DNA of 63,864 nt, the filler included, from Octopus bimaculoides (lineage: Eukaryota): NCBI RefSeq assembly GCF_001194135.2. It is 5 parts of 5 records of this genome, joined end to end, with 100 filler letters (N's around TTAATTAATTAA, not from the genome) between each part and the next. Parts side by side here need not be neighbours in the genome. Positions count along the whole stretch, not along the records: positions 1 to 28,354 come from NC_068984.1; 4 more parts are not named here. The stretch is one strand, 5' to 3'. The notes below the pieces were generated by a model. The model had not been told where the DNA came from. It did no database searches and saw only the letters and a list, made by a program, of their open reading frames with translations. Each line of letters starts with the position of its first letter. The stretch's first letter is position 1. Shown here in pieces: positions 1-12,306 of this stretch. The translations under genes and the position numbers were made by a program.

Positions 1-38
<38 letters not shown>

Positions 39-285
39 ACACACACACAATTACACAAACACACATACACTCATACATATAGATAGAGAAATAGAGATTA
101 ACATACATGAATATTCGCAGTCTCGCACACATACGGAGAGACGCATATACATAAATACATATATATTCATATATACATACTTACATACATAGATAAATAT
201 GCACACGCATATACACATACATTCACATACACGTACATACACATATTCACACATACCCGTACATACACATATTCACACATACCCA
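1..285. repeat. Compound (CA)n/(TA)n/(CATA)n microsatellite
   Basis: Directly visible; similar tracts recur throughout the window and flank nearly all N-gaps. Confidence 0.95.
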
Positions 286-749
286 AACGACACTGTTGGC
301 AAAACGTCGAATTGGATAACTTACAGTATTAGTTAGAATTCTTGGCACACTGAGTTTCGAATTCTTCTGTGTCTCAATATATATAAACCGACTGAAACAG
401 GTGAGGGATTGGCGACAAATTTAGGGAAGAAAGCCGTATGACTTGCTACTCCATTTCCGTTCCTGTATGTTGGGGATTTAGATTCAAGGGTTAATCTTTG
501 TAACATGGCCGCTACCTGATCGGAAATTCGTGGACGAATTTGGGCAACACATATAGATATTTATATATACATCCATACATACAAGCACACACAAACACAC
601 ACACGCACGTATATATCTATATATACATATATATATATATATATATANNNNNNNNNNNNNNNNNNNNNNNNNNNNNNNNNNNNNNNNNNNNNNNNNNNNN
701 NNNNNNNNNNNNNNNNNNNNNNNNNNNNNNNNNNNNNNNNNNNNNNNNT

Positions 750-1235
750 ATATATGATGATATATGATGGATTCTCTCGTCGTGAATGACGAATAAGTTT
801 TCTGTAAAATAGACCGGTAATCATGTGCCTTCCAGACCTTCAGGCAGATAGAACATGTTGAGAAATCAACTTCATTAAATGCATGTGGAAGATTTATTAT
901 ATGTTTTCTTGAGTAGATGTTCAGGCCTGATTTGTTCTATGCCACAAAAGCGCCATCACAGGCAACGTTTCCGTGTAGAGGAGTAGTGTTTTACCAACGT
1001 GCCTCCATGTTTACACGAAGGCACGCTGACAAAACGTTGGTCCAGATGTTGGAATCAACTTTGCTCAAAATTATGAATTGACGAGAAGCAGTACAGGCAC
1101 CAGGTCCAGAATGAAAAGGAAATGTTGCAGTACCTCAGACTGTCTTTTAGTTTGTCTTTGAAGTGCAAGAGGGTCCTTCCACTGACATTCCTGTTGCGAT
1201 TTGGCCAAAAATATAGATACGTACATATATACATA
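750..1235 (-). mobile_element. Decayed RTE-clade LINE 3' fragment
   Basis: Minus-strand translation GRTLLHFKDKLKDSLRYCNISFSFW resembles the RTE ORF C-terminal 'R(F/Y)KD.LK.SL' motif; stops follow. Confidence 0.5.
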
Positions 1236-1314
1236 ATACATATATGAATATACGTATGTATGTATGTATGTATACATTTATATATGTATATATACATACA
1301 TATATCTATATACA

Positions 1315-1346
<32 letters not shown>

Positions 1347-1404
1347 CATATACATATGTATATATACATAAATACACACACACACATGTATATTTACAGA
1401 TATA

Positions 1405-2660
1405 CTAGCAGAAATACCCGGCATTGCTCGGGTTAAAGAGAATAATGAAATTTAAAAGCACCGTCTTGATTACGTAGGTCTCAACTGCTAGTAGCTGAGA
1501 GACCAACTTTCTACATTTTTAACTCCCCAACCCCTGACAGCATGGAACATAGACGTTAAGTGAAATGTTAAAAGAAAGTTTTCTACTCATATATAAAGTA
1601 AATACACGTAATTCAAAAACACTATTTGTGTAACTTATTTCGTAACCAAACAACACGTGCAGATTATAAACAACGAAAGGCCGATTTTGGCGATTCATTT
1701 GACAGAAGTAATAGAGAGCCAATTCGACCTTGGATTTTAAAAGTTAGCATGAATCTTGGCTCAGTTAAATCTCTCGTGGCTCCAAATGATGTCATCTGTA
1801 GTGCAGCCTTGTATTGTCTAATTTTGTTTTGGAAGTGCTTGGAATATTGCTCTGTTGATGACAACAGTTTCTTCAATGGCTCTGGGGCTTGGATGATTGC
1901 AGAGAGTTTAACCTTTCCAACACTGCAAAACAGTGCAGGTGTGTCTTCAGGCCACTTCCTTGATTTACAATGTATGCGCTCAGTTGTTATTACACCAATG
2001 GAAACGCTAGTGTCCCTAGACAGAGACATTCTTTTGGCTGACCTTGACACCGAAGACAAATTTGACACTTTCCTTCTAGGCATGGTTATATACGTATACA
2101 GAAATACAAGAGAGCAGAAGATAGTAAACAATGAAAATAACTGGGTAACGGAAATTATATTTCTTAATACGATGGGCAGAAAGTAAATAAGAAATTTTTA
2201 CGGAAAATAAAAACATAGTACGTGTTGAAGCGAAATTTGTCACTTAGTGAACCAAAAAGCAAGTGTCGAAGGAACCAGAAAAAACCATTAGTAACAGTAA
2301 AACACAAACCCATTACAAAAGTAAATAAGAATTTTTTAGGGAAACTAACTAAGTGTACAGATTAAAGTGAAAATTTTGAACTTACTTCTGTCAGTAATTC
2401 CGTCAACAACAAAAAGAACACAAAACTTTGCAAAAGTAAAAAAAGAAATTTGTAGGCAAATTTAATGATGTATGAGGATTGAAGTGAAATTTATGAAGTT
2501 ACTTTGTCGGTAAATTATGTATGAAAATACTTTCATCTGTAATTGTGAACTTCTTTCTGTCAGTAATTTGTTGTTGTTTGCAAATAACGATTGGAAACTT
2601 ACAGTGAAAGCAATAGCGATTGAATTTAAAGGGAAGCCATAGTGCCTGAAAAATGAAATT
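1405..2660 (-). mobile_element. Non-autonomous Helitron (copy 1) with RepHel N-terminal fragment and intact 3' end
   Basis: On the minus strand it ends in CTAG (1408-1405) followed by T, with a GC-rich imperfect hairpin (1417-1432) just upstream. ORF 1664-2131 encodes HCKSRKW..PALFCSVGKVKL..PEPLKKLL..SKHFQNKIRQY.AALQMTSFG..TFKIQG, typical of the region preceding the Helitron Rep domain. The 5' boundary is approximate. Confidence 0.85.
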
Positions 2661-2869
2661 GAAAACAATAGAGATTGAGTGAGATATAGAGAGAGGGAGA
2701 GAGGGAAAGGGCTAACTAGTTAGACACATAAGATAGATATAGATAGAACAGATATAGACAGAGAGATACAGAGAGATAGAGATGCATGGAAATATATCGA
2801 TAGAGAGATATAGAGAGATAGAAATAGATAGAGAGAGAGATCGATAGAGAAAACTGGAAGTAAATATAT

Positions 2870-3858
2870 AGTGTAGGTATCAGTTAGAAGGATTTAATAC
2901 CACTAAAGGATAATTAAATCCAGTGACGCTCCTGGCTATTAGCTGGGTAGGTACAGTCTTTTGTAAGGTTGTACAGTAGCAGGTGGTTCGGTTAGTAAAC
3001 CGGAGTTTAAGTTATATGGGAGACGAAAATTGATATAATAACAATGGGAAACTCTTGGTTTTCGCTGGTATGTCTTTATTTAAATAGATAACAAAGAAGG
3101 AAGAAGCAGAGATGAGGGTAGCATTTACGATCGTTTCAATTTACTGGCTTAAGTAAATCTCTTCAGAATGTGAATATAGATAGGTGCATCGGTTAGGATA
3201 CGAAAATAATTGATACATATGTGCTGGTAATGTAGACAAATTGGTAATTCTTACATTAATTTTTTGTTCTTATGCTGGTAAATTTGTTGGGTAGAGGTTT
3301 GCTTGTGGTAGATTGATTAATTTCGTTGGGTAATTAGGGCAGGGTGAGTATTATTTAGGTGCAGGTTTCCTAGTTTAATTAAGCACTTTTGTTCGTGTCT
3401 ATTCCATTTTACAATTAATTACACCGGCGGTGTAAGGGAAGGGGAGTAACTCTAACTGGGTGAGAAGGGAGCTAACTCATGGGTTGTTTGAAAATGTGTC
3501 ATGGCTAATAATTGTTAAGGGAGTTCTTAGTGCTAGTCGGGGCCCTGTGTATTTGCAAAGTGTTTTATGTTGGAATGTTTGGGGCGAGTGGGTTTGAGGG
3601 GTGACTATTCGTTTGTTTAATGTGTTACCCAGTTAATTAGACTTATATAGATGAGTATTCTAGTTTGGGATTATGTAGGCAAAGGGGCCTGCGTGAAGAC
3701 AAGAGAGGCTATTCTACCGGTATTTGGAAAATACATAAAGGGTCACGTGAAGACATAAAGTGTTGTTCTCAAGTTTGCTTTTGAGAAGCGGTTGCTTAGC
3801 CATAAGTATATTTAGGCGTTCTGATAGGCAGAGATCGCAGCGTCTATTTGCGGTGTTG
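2870..3858 (-). mobile_element. Penelope-like element 3' fragment (GIY-YIG C-terminus plus 3'UTR/pseudo-LTR)
   Basis: Minus translation from 3860, YNTANRRCDLCLSERLNILMAKQPLLKSKLENNTLCLH, resembles the PLE C-terminal 'Y....RC.LCL.E...I......LL....E....C.H' motif. A hammerhead motif lies downstream, as known for PLE pLTRs. Confidence 0.7.
3122..3170 (-). ncRNA. Minimal type I hammerhead ribozyme
   Basis: Minus strand: CATT-CTGAAGA-GATTTACT-TAAGCC-AGTAAATT-GAAA-C-GATC-G-TA^AATG. It has a complete core, a 4-bp stem I, an 8-bp stem II, a palindromic stem III (ACGATCGT) and a GUA cleavage triplet. Confidence 0.85.
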
Positions 3859-3924
3859 TATCATCTCCTTCGCTATAACTATTGCGTCTAGAAAACAGAT
3901 TTATCATCTTCTCCTAGAGAAGGT
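3859..3924 (-). mobile_element. Short L1/Tx1-like LINE fragment running into an N-gap
   Basis: Clearly similar to 5277-5342 (atcatctccttcgctataactattgcg vs atcacctccttcgctatagctattacg). Confidence 0.65.
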
Positions 3925-4396
3925 NNNNNNNNNNNNNNNNNNNNNNNNNNNNNNNNNNNNNNNNNNNNNNNNNNNNNNNNNNNNNNNNNNNNNNNNNNNN
4001 NNNNNNNNNNNNNNNNNNNNNNNNNNNNNNNNNNNNNNNNNNNNNNNNNNNNNNNNNNNNNNNNNNNNNNNNNNNNNNNNNNNNNNNNNNNNNNNNNNNN
4101 NNNNNNNNNNNNNNNNNNNNNNNNNNNNNNNNNNNNNNNNNNNNNNNNNNNNNNNNNNNNNNNNNNNNNNNNNNNNNNNNNNNNNNNNNNNNNNNNNNNN
4201 NNNNNNNNNNNNNNNNNNNNNNNNNNNNNNNNNNNNNNNNNNNNNNNNNNNNNNNNNNNNNNNNNNNNNNNNNNNNNNNNNNNNNNNNNNNNNNNNNNNN
4301 NNNNNNNNNNNNNNNNNNNNNNNNNNNNNNNNNNNNNNNNNNNNNNNNNNNNNNNNNNNNNNNNNNNNNNNNNNNNNNNNNNNNNNNNNNNNNNNN

Positions 4397-4456
<60 letters not shown>

Positions 4457-4640
4457 TACGCACACATACAGAGGTATTTGTTGGTTCGGTTCGAAATGTA
4501 TAGAAAGTACTTTAAATCCACATCAAAACCCATGAAAACTGTTAATGTCAATTTCCTGTCATCATTGAGCAGTCTCCTAAATTATCTGGTTGCAGATAAT
4601 TCTGTCGAAAGACAGTTCTAGCTGGTAGAAATGCTTACTC

Positions 4641-4673
<33 letters not shown>

Positions 4674-5089
4674 TGTATGTATGTATGTATGTATGTGTTA
4701 TATCCTTGTGGATAAATGAATACACTGCAACAGTGATATAACAATATAATCGAAAATAAATGCCTCTAACCACACGGAACGTAACAACAATCTTTAATGA
4801 AACCATAATCCAACACGCTAACTCGAACTGTGAACTTTGAACTCCAGCTTTGAACTGTCAACACACGAACTGTAGAACTAGCACGATGATTTTATAAAAA
4901 CCACAAGAGTTAAACAAAGAAGGGACAATACACGTGACAAAAAGGATTCGGGGCTTGTCGGATAAGATTACCTATAAAAACATTATAATAATTACGAATG
5001 GAAATGAAATAATGAATGGGCAAGGAATCGGTTTGACCCCACTAACTATTTGCCTGCGATGAATCGTTTACATCATCCTTTTTTTTTCA

Positions 5090-6935
5090 TCCGAATAATT
5101 AGGGGCTTACATACCCAACATTCGGACTACTTTCTTCCAACTTTCTCCGTACTTTTTTAATGTCAGGTATTTCGTCTCCAGACAGCTTTCCCACTTAGGT
5201 GATATAAATAAAGATTAATCAAGGCACGCCCGGAGACAAAACTGCCGAATGCGATACCTCTTCCAAGCGTCTCCCATATCACCTCCTTCGCTATAGCTAT
5301 TACGGTTAGGAAGCAGATTTCTCTTCTCCTTCTAGAGAAGGCGGTGGAATGATCTCAATAATCAACTCTCTGTCAGCTGTACTCTCCCCAGCTCTGACGA
5401 TGCCAGTTCGGTAGAAACCCAAAGGTCCGAGAGACTCGAATACTGCACGGTTGCATGCAGAACAGTTTCGTTGCTCTGCCCGCAACGTGGGCACGTAGGC
5501 GAAACCGAGTCTCCGTGCCTCGTGAGTTCATCCTGAACTGGTAAGGCACTTCACAAGCACAGCCAAGCCAGGGACCTCTGGAAGTTGTCCATAGGTCTCA
5601 GGACGAAAATCCTTCGATGCAGGTTGGCACGTTGACTTTCATCGAAACCCAGTGTCTCCCCAGGTCGTCATGACACTTGCCCTCTACCAGCTCTCTATAG
5701 TAAGCCGAGGTGGTACCCCCTCCGCCAGCATTGCTCGTTCGGGAGAGAAGCACAAACGCCTATCGACACTCTGCCACGAAGGGGGCACGGCAAGATGGTT
5801 AGACAGTAGATAATGATACATTTTCCACCTCCGCCCTCCCTTTCAGAGATAACCTCCGCCCAGACCAGGTCTGAGTTATGGACACCACTCTGCCCGTAAC
5901 TTCGCTTCAGTTCTTCTCTCTCTGATGGTCGGGACCAAACCAGACCCCAAACAGTTTCACCGGACCGTTTGTCCAGTGTCCCACGACGCTGTTAGACGGC
6001 ATCGACTTGCCTCTCCAGGTTCCGAGCTGCAAGCTAACCCACTTATCCCGGTTAACTCTTGCTCCTGTCACCGCTTCGTAATGCTTTAGAGCCTTATCTC
6101 CCCTCTGTAGTTCCTTGTCCCTGGATACGATGACAAAGACATCGCCCACATACGCTGTGACTGAATTTCCATACCCTAAATCTTGCGGGTCTCCACTCAC
6201 CGCCTCCAATCTTCGTAGTTGGGGTTCGAGAGCCAATACACACAGAAGAGGCGAGAGTGAACAACCTTGACGAACCGAGCTTTGGATATTGAACGGTTCC
6301 GAAAAGAAACCGTTCACACGAACTACCGACTTGATGTTGCTATATAAAGCGTTGTTCCAGCCGCGGAATGTCGGGCCAAAGCCCGCCGCCTCGAGGACTG
6401 CCGCCAGATACCGATTGTCTTCCCAATCAAAGGCCATGGATTTGTCTAAATTGACCAACGCCCCACCCTTGCCAGGAAACCTATTTACCCTTTCTATGGT
6501 ATCGCGTATAACGTGGAGATTATCGTGTATAGTCTTGCCGGGGGATGGTGCATGCTTGCGCCTCCCCAACAATACCATCCACGACTTTCGCCAATCTTTT
6601 TTTGGCTAATACTTTGGCCAGAATCTTCAATTCTGCGTTGAGCAGAGTGATGGGCCTAAAGTTGTCAATTACGCCCCCCCCCCCATTATTTTGGATACTT
6701 CCTGATCAGTACCATTCTTCCCTGACTCACAGATGCAGGAATACTCCCATTCTTTTGCCAGTTATTGAAGACACACGCCGGCAGGTGCCCAAACAAGTCT
6801 GGAATAGTATAATACAATACATAGGGGAGACCATCGCAACCCGAAATACCCCACTTACTCAGGCCCCTACTATTTATGTGTAGTGGACCAGTCCATTCTC
6901 GCCAGGGGACATCGTACTCTTGCACAACTGTATGC
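5090..6935 (-). mobile_element. 5'-truncated L1/Tx1-clade LINE, degenerate reverse transcriptase and C-terminal region
   Basis: ORF 5907-6578 has RT motifs (PGKTIHDN, LVNLDKSMAFD, SVRQGCSLSPLL, AYVGDV from YADD). Upstream NFRPITLLN-like and downstream C-terminal segments are frameshifted. Confidence 0.9.
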
Positions 6936-7293
6936 ATGTATGTATGTATGTATACATTACGCAGCGATACATCAACAGAACGAACAAGACTCTTACTCTA
7001 ATCGCAGTTCATGCTGTCGCTAATGCTGGCTCTCTACACTCACCGTTAGTACAATAAAGGCGACGCTGCTGGTGCTGATATGTGATATAATTGCATTTAA
7101 TCGGCAAATCCACAGTTCATGCTACAGGCAGCCGAGATGGTTCTCTCGTTATATACTAGCTATACACAGTTGTCGTAAAGTCGTTGTTGCGTTTGTCACT
7201 GCTCCTATTGCTCCAGTCAGGGCTGATGTCGATGGTCGTGGTAGTTGGGTTTTTAACTGATTCCTGCTTACTTTTTATTAGTGATTTCGAACA

Positions 7294-7438
7294 AGGGTGT
7301 GGCTGTGTGGTAAGAAGTGTGCTTTCCATCTATTAGGCTTTGTGTTCACTCCAATTGCGTGGCACCCTATACTGTAACCTGGATCCGACCAAAGCCTTGT
7401 GAGTGCATTAATTAGAAGGAAAGTGAAAGAACCCTTCG

Positions 7439-7536
<98 letters not shown>

Positions 7537-7790
7537 TGTGTGTGTTTACGCGTTCGAGTGCGTATGCATGAGTAAGTGTATGGGTGTGTGTGAATGTGTT
7601 CGTGCCTTTTATTTGTCCCCACCATCCACTTGGTGTGTTTATGTTCCCGTAACTTAATTGTTCAATACAAATAGCCCCATAGGATATGTACCAGGTCTAT
7701 CAATAAAGGTACTGGTAGTGGATTCCTTCGACTAAAGGAGGTGCTCTAACATAGCCGCAGTTTGCTGACTGAAACAAGTAAAAGATAAAA
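7294..7790 (+). mobile_element. tRNA-derived SINE, family A (tRNA head, internal (TA)/(TG)n, 3' body)
   Basis: Degenerate copy of the GGAGTGGCTGTGTGGTAAG...GGTTCAGTCCCACTGCGTGGCACCTTGGGC head seen at 57454 and 61675; the 3' body matches 38385-38830. Confidence 0.8.
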
Positions 7791-7910
7791 GGATGGGTAA
7801 CATGTCTTTGGTTCCTTTGAACAGGCGTCTTTGCTTCTCGCGTTCATTTTTTCTGCATCCACATTTTCAAATAATCCAGTCTTCGTCGCCACAGGCCACG
7901 ATGCGTATAA
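7790..7910 (-). mobile_element. Possible mariner transposase remnant
   Basis: Frameshifted ACGDEDWII resembles the 'TGDE(K/T)W' catalytic motif; short and weak. Confidence 0.3.
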
Positions 7911-9669
7911 TTTTAATTTGTAATTTGCAGCAATTACAAACAAAATTATTTAAATATGCGTAGGTCTTTATAGTGACTCGTAAACAGAATCAATGCGTCC
8001 ATCTGTATCCTTCAGACGTTAACATAACAAGCACATTACACGAATGTACAATGCCAAAACTCCACGACAACAGACGCCGCGTAACTATTATTTTTCTGAT
8101 AAATAAATAAACAGCAATTACTTTCACGTTCGTGGAGAGAAACGAAATACGAATTGTGGTTGCAGGAAATATTATCGACAATATTTATAATACCAATAAG
8201 ATTGATTGCAATGACGGTAAAGTGTTTTCTTAGTTATATATCTTCGAGTAAATTTAGTGGCAATAATGTTTTTTGTGGCAGTAGTTGTGATAACATCAGT
8301 AAACTGAATCGTTGTACGAAAGATAATGATATATCAGATTATGCTTCATTTCTCCCGTTTTCTCACTTAATTTCTTTCCTCTCTTTCACACATTAATTTT
8401 GTATTCCTTTATTTATTTTACATCAGCATAGCACTTTTTATCAGTTGATCTTTAACTGCGTTTACCTACTATATCAAGGTGGCTACCATATTAGATTCTT
8501 TCAACATTGTGATCCGCACATCATCACCTAGTGTATGTACACTAAGCTATTGGCGCCATTTCTGTCATCATAATTTCCAACATGTGTTTGTGTGCCCTCA
8601 CTTGTTTCTATACTCGTGAGTACTTTAGACTGATTCGTATATATATATATATATATNNNNNNNNNNNNNNNNNNNNNNNNNNNNNNNNNNNNNNNNNNNN
8701 NNNNNNNNNNNNNNNNTATATATAATAATAATAATATTAATAATAATTATAATAATAATAATAATAATATAGATTTAATCAAAAGATTAAATGTGGTACT
8801 TAAAATGTTTGAGGCACCAGAATTTCTTAGGGTAAAAACCAAAAACAGAATCAAGAGATATGGTGAATAAAATTTGAAGAAAAGCAACAAAAATTCATTA
8901 GGTTATAGCAGTACGTACGTTTCGTACAATCTTCATTTATTTATGTAGTGAGAACACCACATAAGATGTGCAGTGAAAATATACTCCTCAGCTGCACGAT
9001 AGAAGTTCATTTTAGAAAGTCATTTTGTAGATGTGTGCAAATACAAGAGTAGGAGATGAAGAAAATACCATCTTGACTGGGCTGTTAATCAAATCCAGAA
9101 AAGCACTGAACTTAATGACAGATAAAAGGTGGTGACCCTAGGCGTTAAGAGGACTGAACTTAATTACTGATAAAGGGAGGTAACCCTAGGCGTTAAGTGT
9201 CACTAACAAGGATTAAGATGCTTTACATCAAAATCCGAAATCGCGATCCAGCTATGTACGCTGGGGACTAGCCTCCCTTTATATATCATTAAGTTCAGTG
9301 CTATTGTGGCTTTGAATAATTTCAACTCTTATTTTTAGCAAAAGCAGCACTAATCAGAACTCTCTGATTAATTTTGCCTTTAACTTCTAATTGCTTTAAG
9401 TTCTATTTGCGTACACTTTTACCGTTTTGAAAATCAGTACATGTTTCCAACAGTATTCCTGATAAGATTGATAGAGGTAGTTGAGTTTAACTCCAGGCGG
9501 TAGAGCGGCTGATAAGGATTAAGATGGTCTAAATCAAAATCATAAATCGCTATCAGGCTATGTGAGCTGGAGACTTACTTCTCTGTATTAGTCATTAATT
9601 TCAGTGCAGTTGTGGCTTTGAGTTATTCTAACTCTTACTTATAGTAAAAGTGGTGCTAGTCAGTATCAT

Positions 9670-11058
9670 CTGATGAACGTAATTTCATACATAACTTACT
9701 AACAGAAGTAACTTCATAAATGTCACTTCAATCCGTACACTTCGTTAAATTTGCCTACAAATTCCCTATTATACGTTTGCAAAGTTTTGTGTATTTTTTG
9801 TTGTTGATGGAATTACTGATAAAAGTCAGTTCATAACTTACTGACAGAAGTAACTTCAAAAATTTCACTTAAATCCGTAGTCTTAGTAAATTTCCCTAAA
9901 AGTTTCTTATTTACTTTTTCAAAGGTTTTCTGATATTCTGTTGTTAACGGCTTTTTTCTGGTTCTTTCGACACTTGCTTTTTGGTTCACTAAGTGACAAA
10001 TTTCGCTTCAACACGTACAATTCTTTATTTTCCGCCAAAATTTATTATTTACTTTCTACCCGTCGTATTAAGAAATATAATTTCCATTACCCAGTTATTT
10101 TCAGTGTTTACTATCTTCTGCACCCGTGTATTTCTTATTTATTTATTGCCCACAAGAGGCTAAACATAGAAGAGACAAACAAGGACAGACAAAGGGATTA
10201 AGTCGATTACATCAACCCCAGTGCGTAACTGGTACTTAATTTATCGACCCCGAAAGAATGAAAGTAAAGTTGACCTCGACGGAATCTGAACTCAGAACGT
10301 AACGGCAGACAAAATACCGCTAAGCATTTCGCCCGTCGTGCTAACGTTTCTGCCAGCTCGCCACCTTGATTTCTGTATACGTATATACAGCTCGCCACCT
10401 GTGTATTTCTGCCAGCTCGTCACCTGTGTATTTCTGTATACATATATAGACATGTCTAGAAGGAATGTGTCAAATTTGTCTACAATGTGAAGGTCAGCCA
10501 AAAGAATGTCTCTGTCTAGGGAATAGGGACAACTGCAGACAGGGAAGCGTACCAAGAAACGAACAGACTGTGAACTACAAAAGCCAGAGCACTTCAAAAG
10601 ATGAATAGAGATATGCACGTTTGACAAGGAATAGGATCTCCACTGCAGGACGAAGAGCAATTGCAACAGCTCGGAGAAGCAACTTCTATGAAGCAGCTTT
10701 CAATTATGATCCAGCAGTTCAGTATGCAGATGACACTAGTTTTCAATGGTGCAAAGACAACTGAGGGCATACACTGTAAAGCAAGGAGGTGACCTGGAGA
10801 GGCACCTGCACTGTGCTGAAGTGGTGGAAAGGTTAAACTCTTTGCAATCCCAAACCTCCAGAGCCATTGAAGAAAATGTTGTCATCAACTGAGCAAAATT
10901 CCAAGCACTTCCAGAACAAAATTTGACAATACAACGCTGCACTACAGATGACATCATTTGGAACCAGAAGAGATTTAACTGAGCCTGGATTCATGATAAC
11001 TTTTAACATCCAAGGACAGATTTATCATCGGATTGACTCTCTACTACTGCTGTCAAAC
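9670..11058 (+). mobile_element. Helitron copy 2 (same family as 1405-2660, opposite orientation), 3'-truncated
   Basis: Reverse-complement similarity to ~1700-2540. Disrupted RepHel N-terminus from ATG 10452 includes EAAFNYDPAVQYADD and QMTSFG..TFNIQGQIYHRI. It may extend left into the repeated blocks at 9200-9670. Confidence 0.85.
10136..10367 (-). mobile_element. tRNA-derived SINE, family B, inserted in Helitron copy 2
   Basis: Near-identical to 60762-60993; A box GGCGAGCTGGCAGAA and B box GAGTTCAGATTCC on the minus strand. Confidence 0.9.
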
Positions 11059-11599
11059 GCTCAGTGCCACTACATCTATCGTTCTCCTCCGCATCACACT
11101 CCCTATCTCTTTACTTCACTTGTACTACACCCACACACATTCCATAACCCTAGTGCTACGGTGAAATTTGGTGTTAGCCTTCTCCCCGCCCCTGTCTTCT
11201 TGCTGTCTTTTTCGGAATATAGATTTCCTAGGAGGAGAGGATTCCCAGTCCTCTCACTCCCGCCTCTTTTAGTCGCCGCTTAATTCACACAAGGAATACG
11301 CGACTGCAATCTACTGATCCCCCTCTCCTAGTGAAAGGGAGCTTTTCTTGTTAACCCATAGCTGTCACCCTTACAGATGCTACCACTCCGGGCCATAGTA
11401 GACCTGAAAACAATAGTGGCTAGGGGGTTGTTCCACACCATGTCAAACCCTGAAATCAGGGCTCCAGGGTGCCACTACCGGACGTAGTTTATAGTCAGAC
11501 CCAGATATCATATAGCTCGTACATACTACACAAGCTGAATTAGAAGACGACAGAAAAGGGAACAGTAAAAGAGCCAGAGGAAGGAAAGGATGCATAGTT

Positions 11600-11790
11600 A
11601 AGGCTTGGAAGTTTTTAAAGATGCAGTATCCTTGCATTAACAACCGACACGAGTAGTCTATTCCATGCTTCGATAATTCTGAGCCATAAAATTGTTTCCG
11701 AAATGAACGAATGTTGCGCTGCTTTCTGATTTCATAATCATGTCCTCGAATGTCAAAGAAAAGCGTTCTTCAGAGAACACGCCGTTTTCA
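11600..11790 (-). mobile_element. CR1-type LINE ORF2 C-terminal remnant
   Basis: Minus translation with stops and a shift, RGHDYEIRKQ..F..LRIIEAWNRL..SVVNA, resembles the CR1 'TRGH..K....R..FF..RV...WN.LP..VV' motif. Confidence 0.6.
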
Positions 11791-12249
11791 TCACTGCATA
11801 TACTTTACTTCTTATTTATAATAGAATCACTGAAATACTATAGATTTATTTCTTTTTAAAATAAAATTTCTTATCTATTTACATTTTTCATTATTGCTTA
11901 AGATTATACTAATTTTTAAAATAATTTATTTTTTTCATAATTTTATTTACATATTGATTTTATATATATTTAAGAATATATTTAACTTACTTTATAACTG
12001 CGCAATTATTCATTGAAGATGCCTTTTGAAAGTTTTTATAAGAAATCTCGCAATATTTAAAATGTCTACAATGGCAAGCTTTAAACTTTATCCATTTATT
12101 TCAAAGTTTTACATATTGTCAACTAAATCTAAAATTTTTTAATCTCTATTCTCTAATAATTCGCCATAGCATTTATTCTTTCCTTGCTTAATAATATGCA
12201 TTTTACTTATCTTCTTACATATATTTTGTTCATATAATGCAGTACATCC

Positions 12250-12306
<57 letters not shown>

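Noticed and set aside
4696-4939. Solo LTR (TGTTA...TGACA)
   Set aside because: No matching target-site duplication and no second copy in the window.
7044-7125. Minus-strand exon candidate HELWICRLNAIISHISTSSVAFIVLT with GTGAGT donor
   Set aside because: Only a faint GPCR TM3 resemblance, short, and no partner exons; such donors occur by chance every few kb.
8911-8937. Minus-strand ATGAAGA-TTGTAC-GAAACGTACGTA
   Set aside because: The palindromic stem III is suggestive, but the core C is mutated and stem II is missing.
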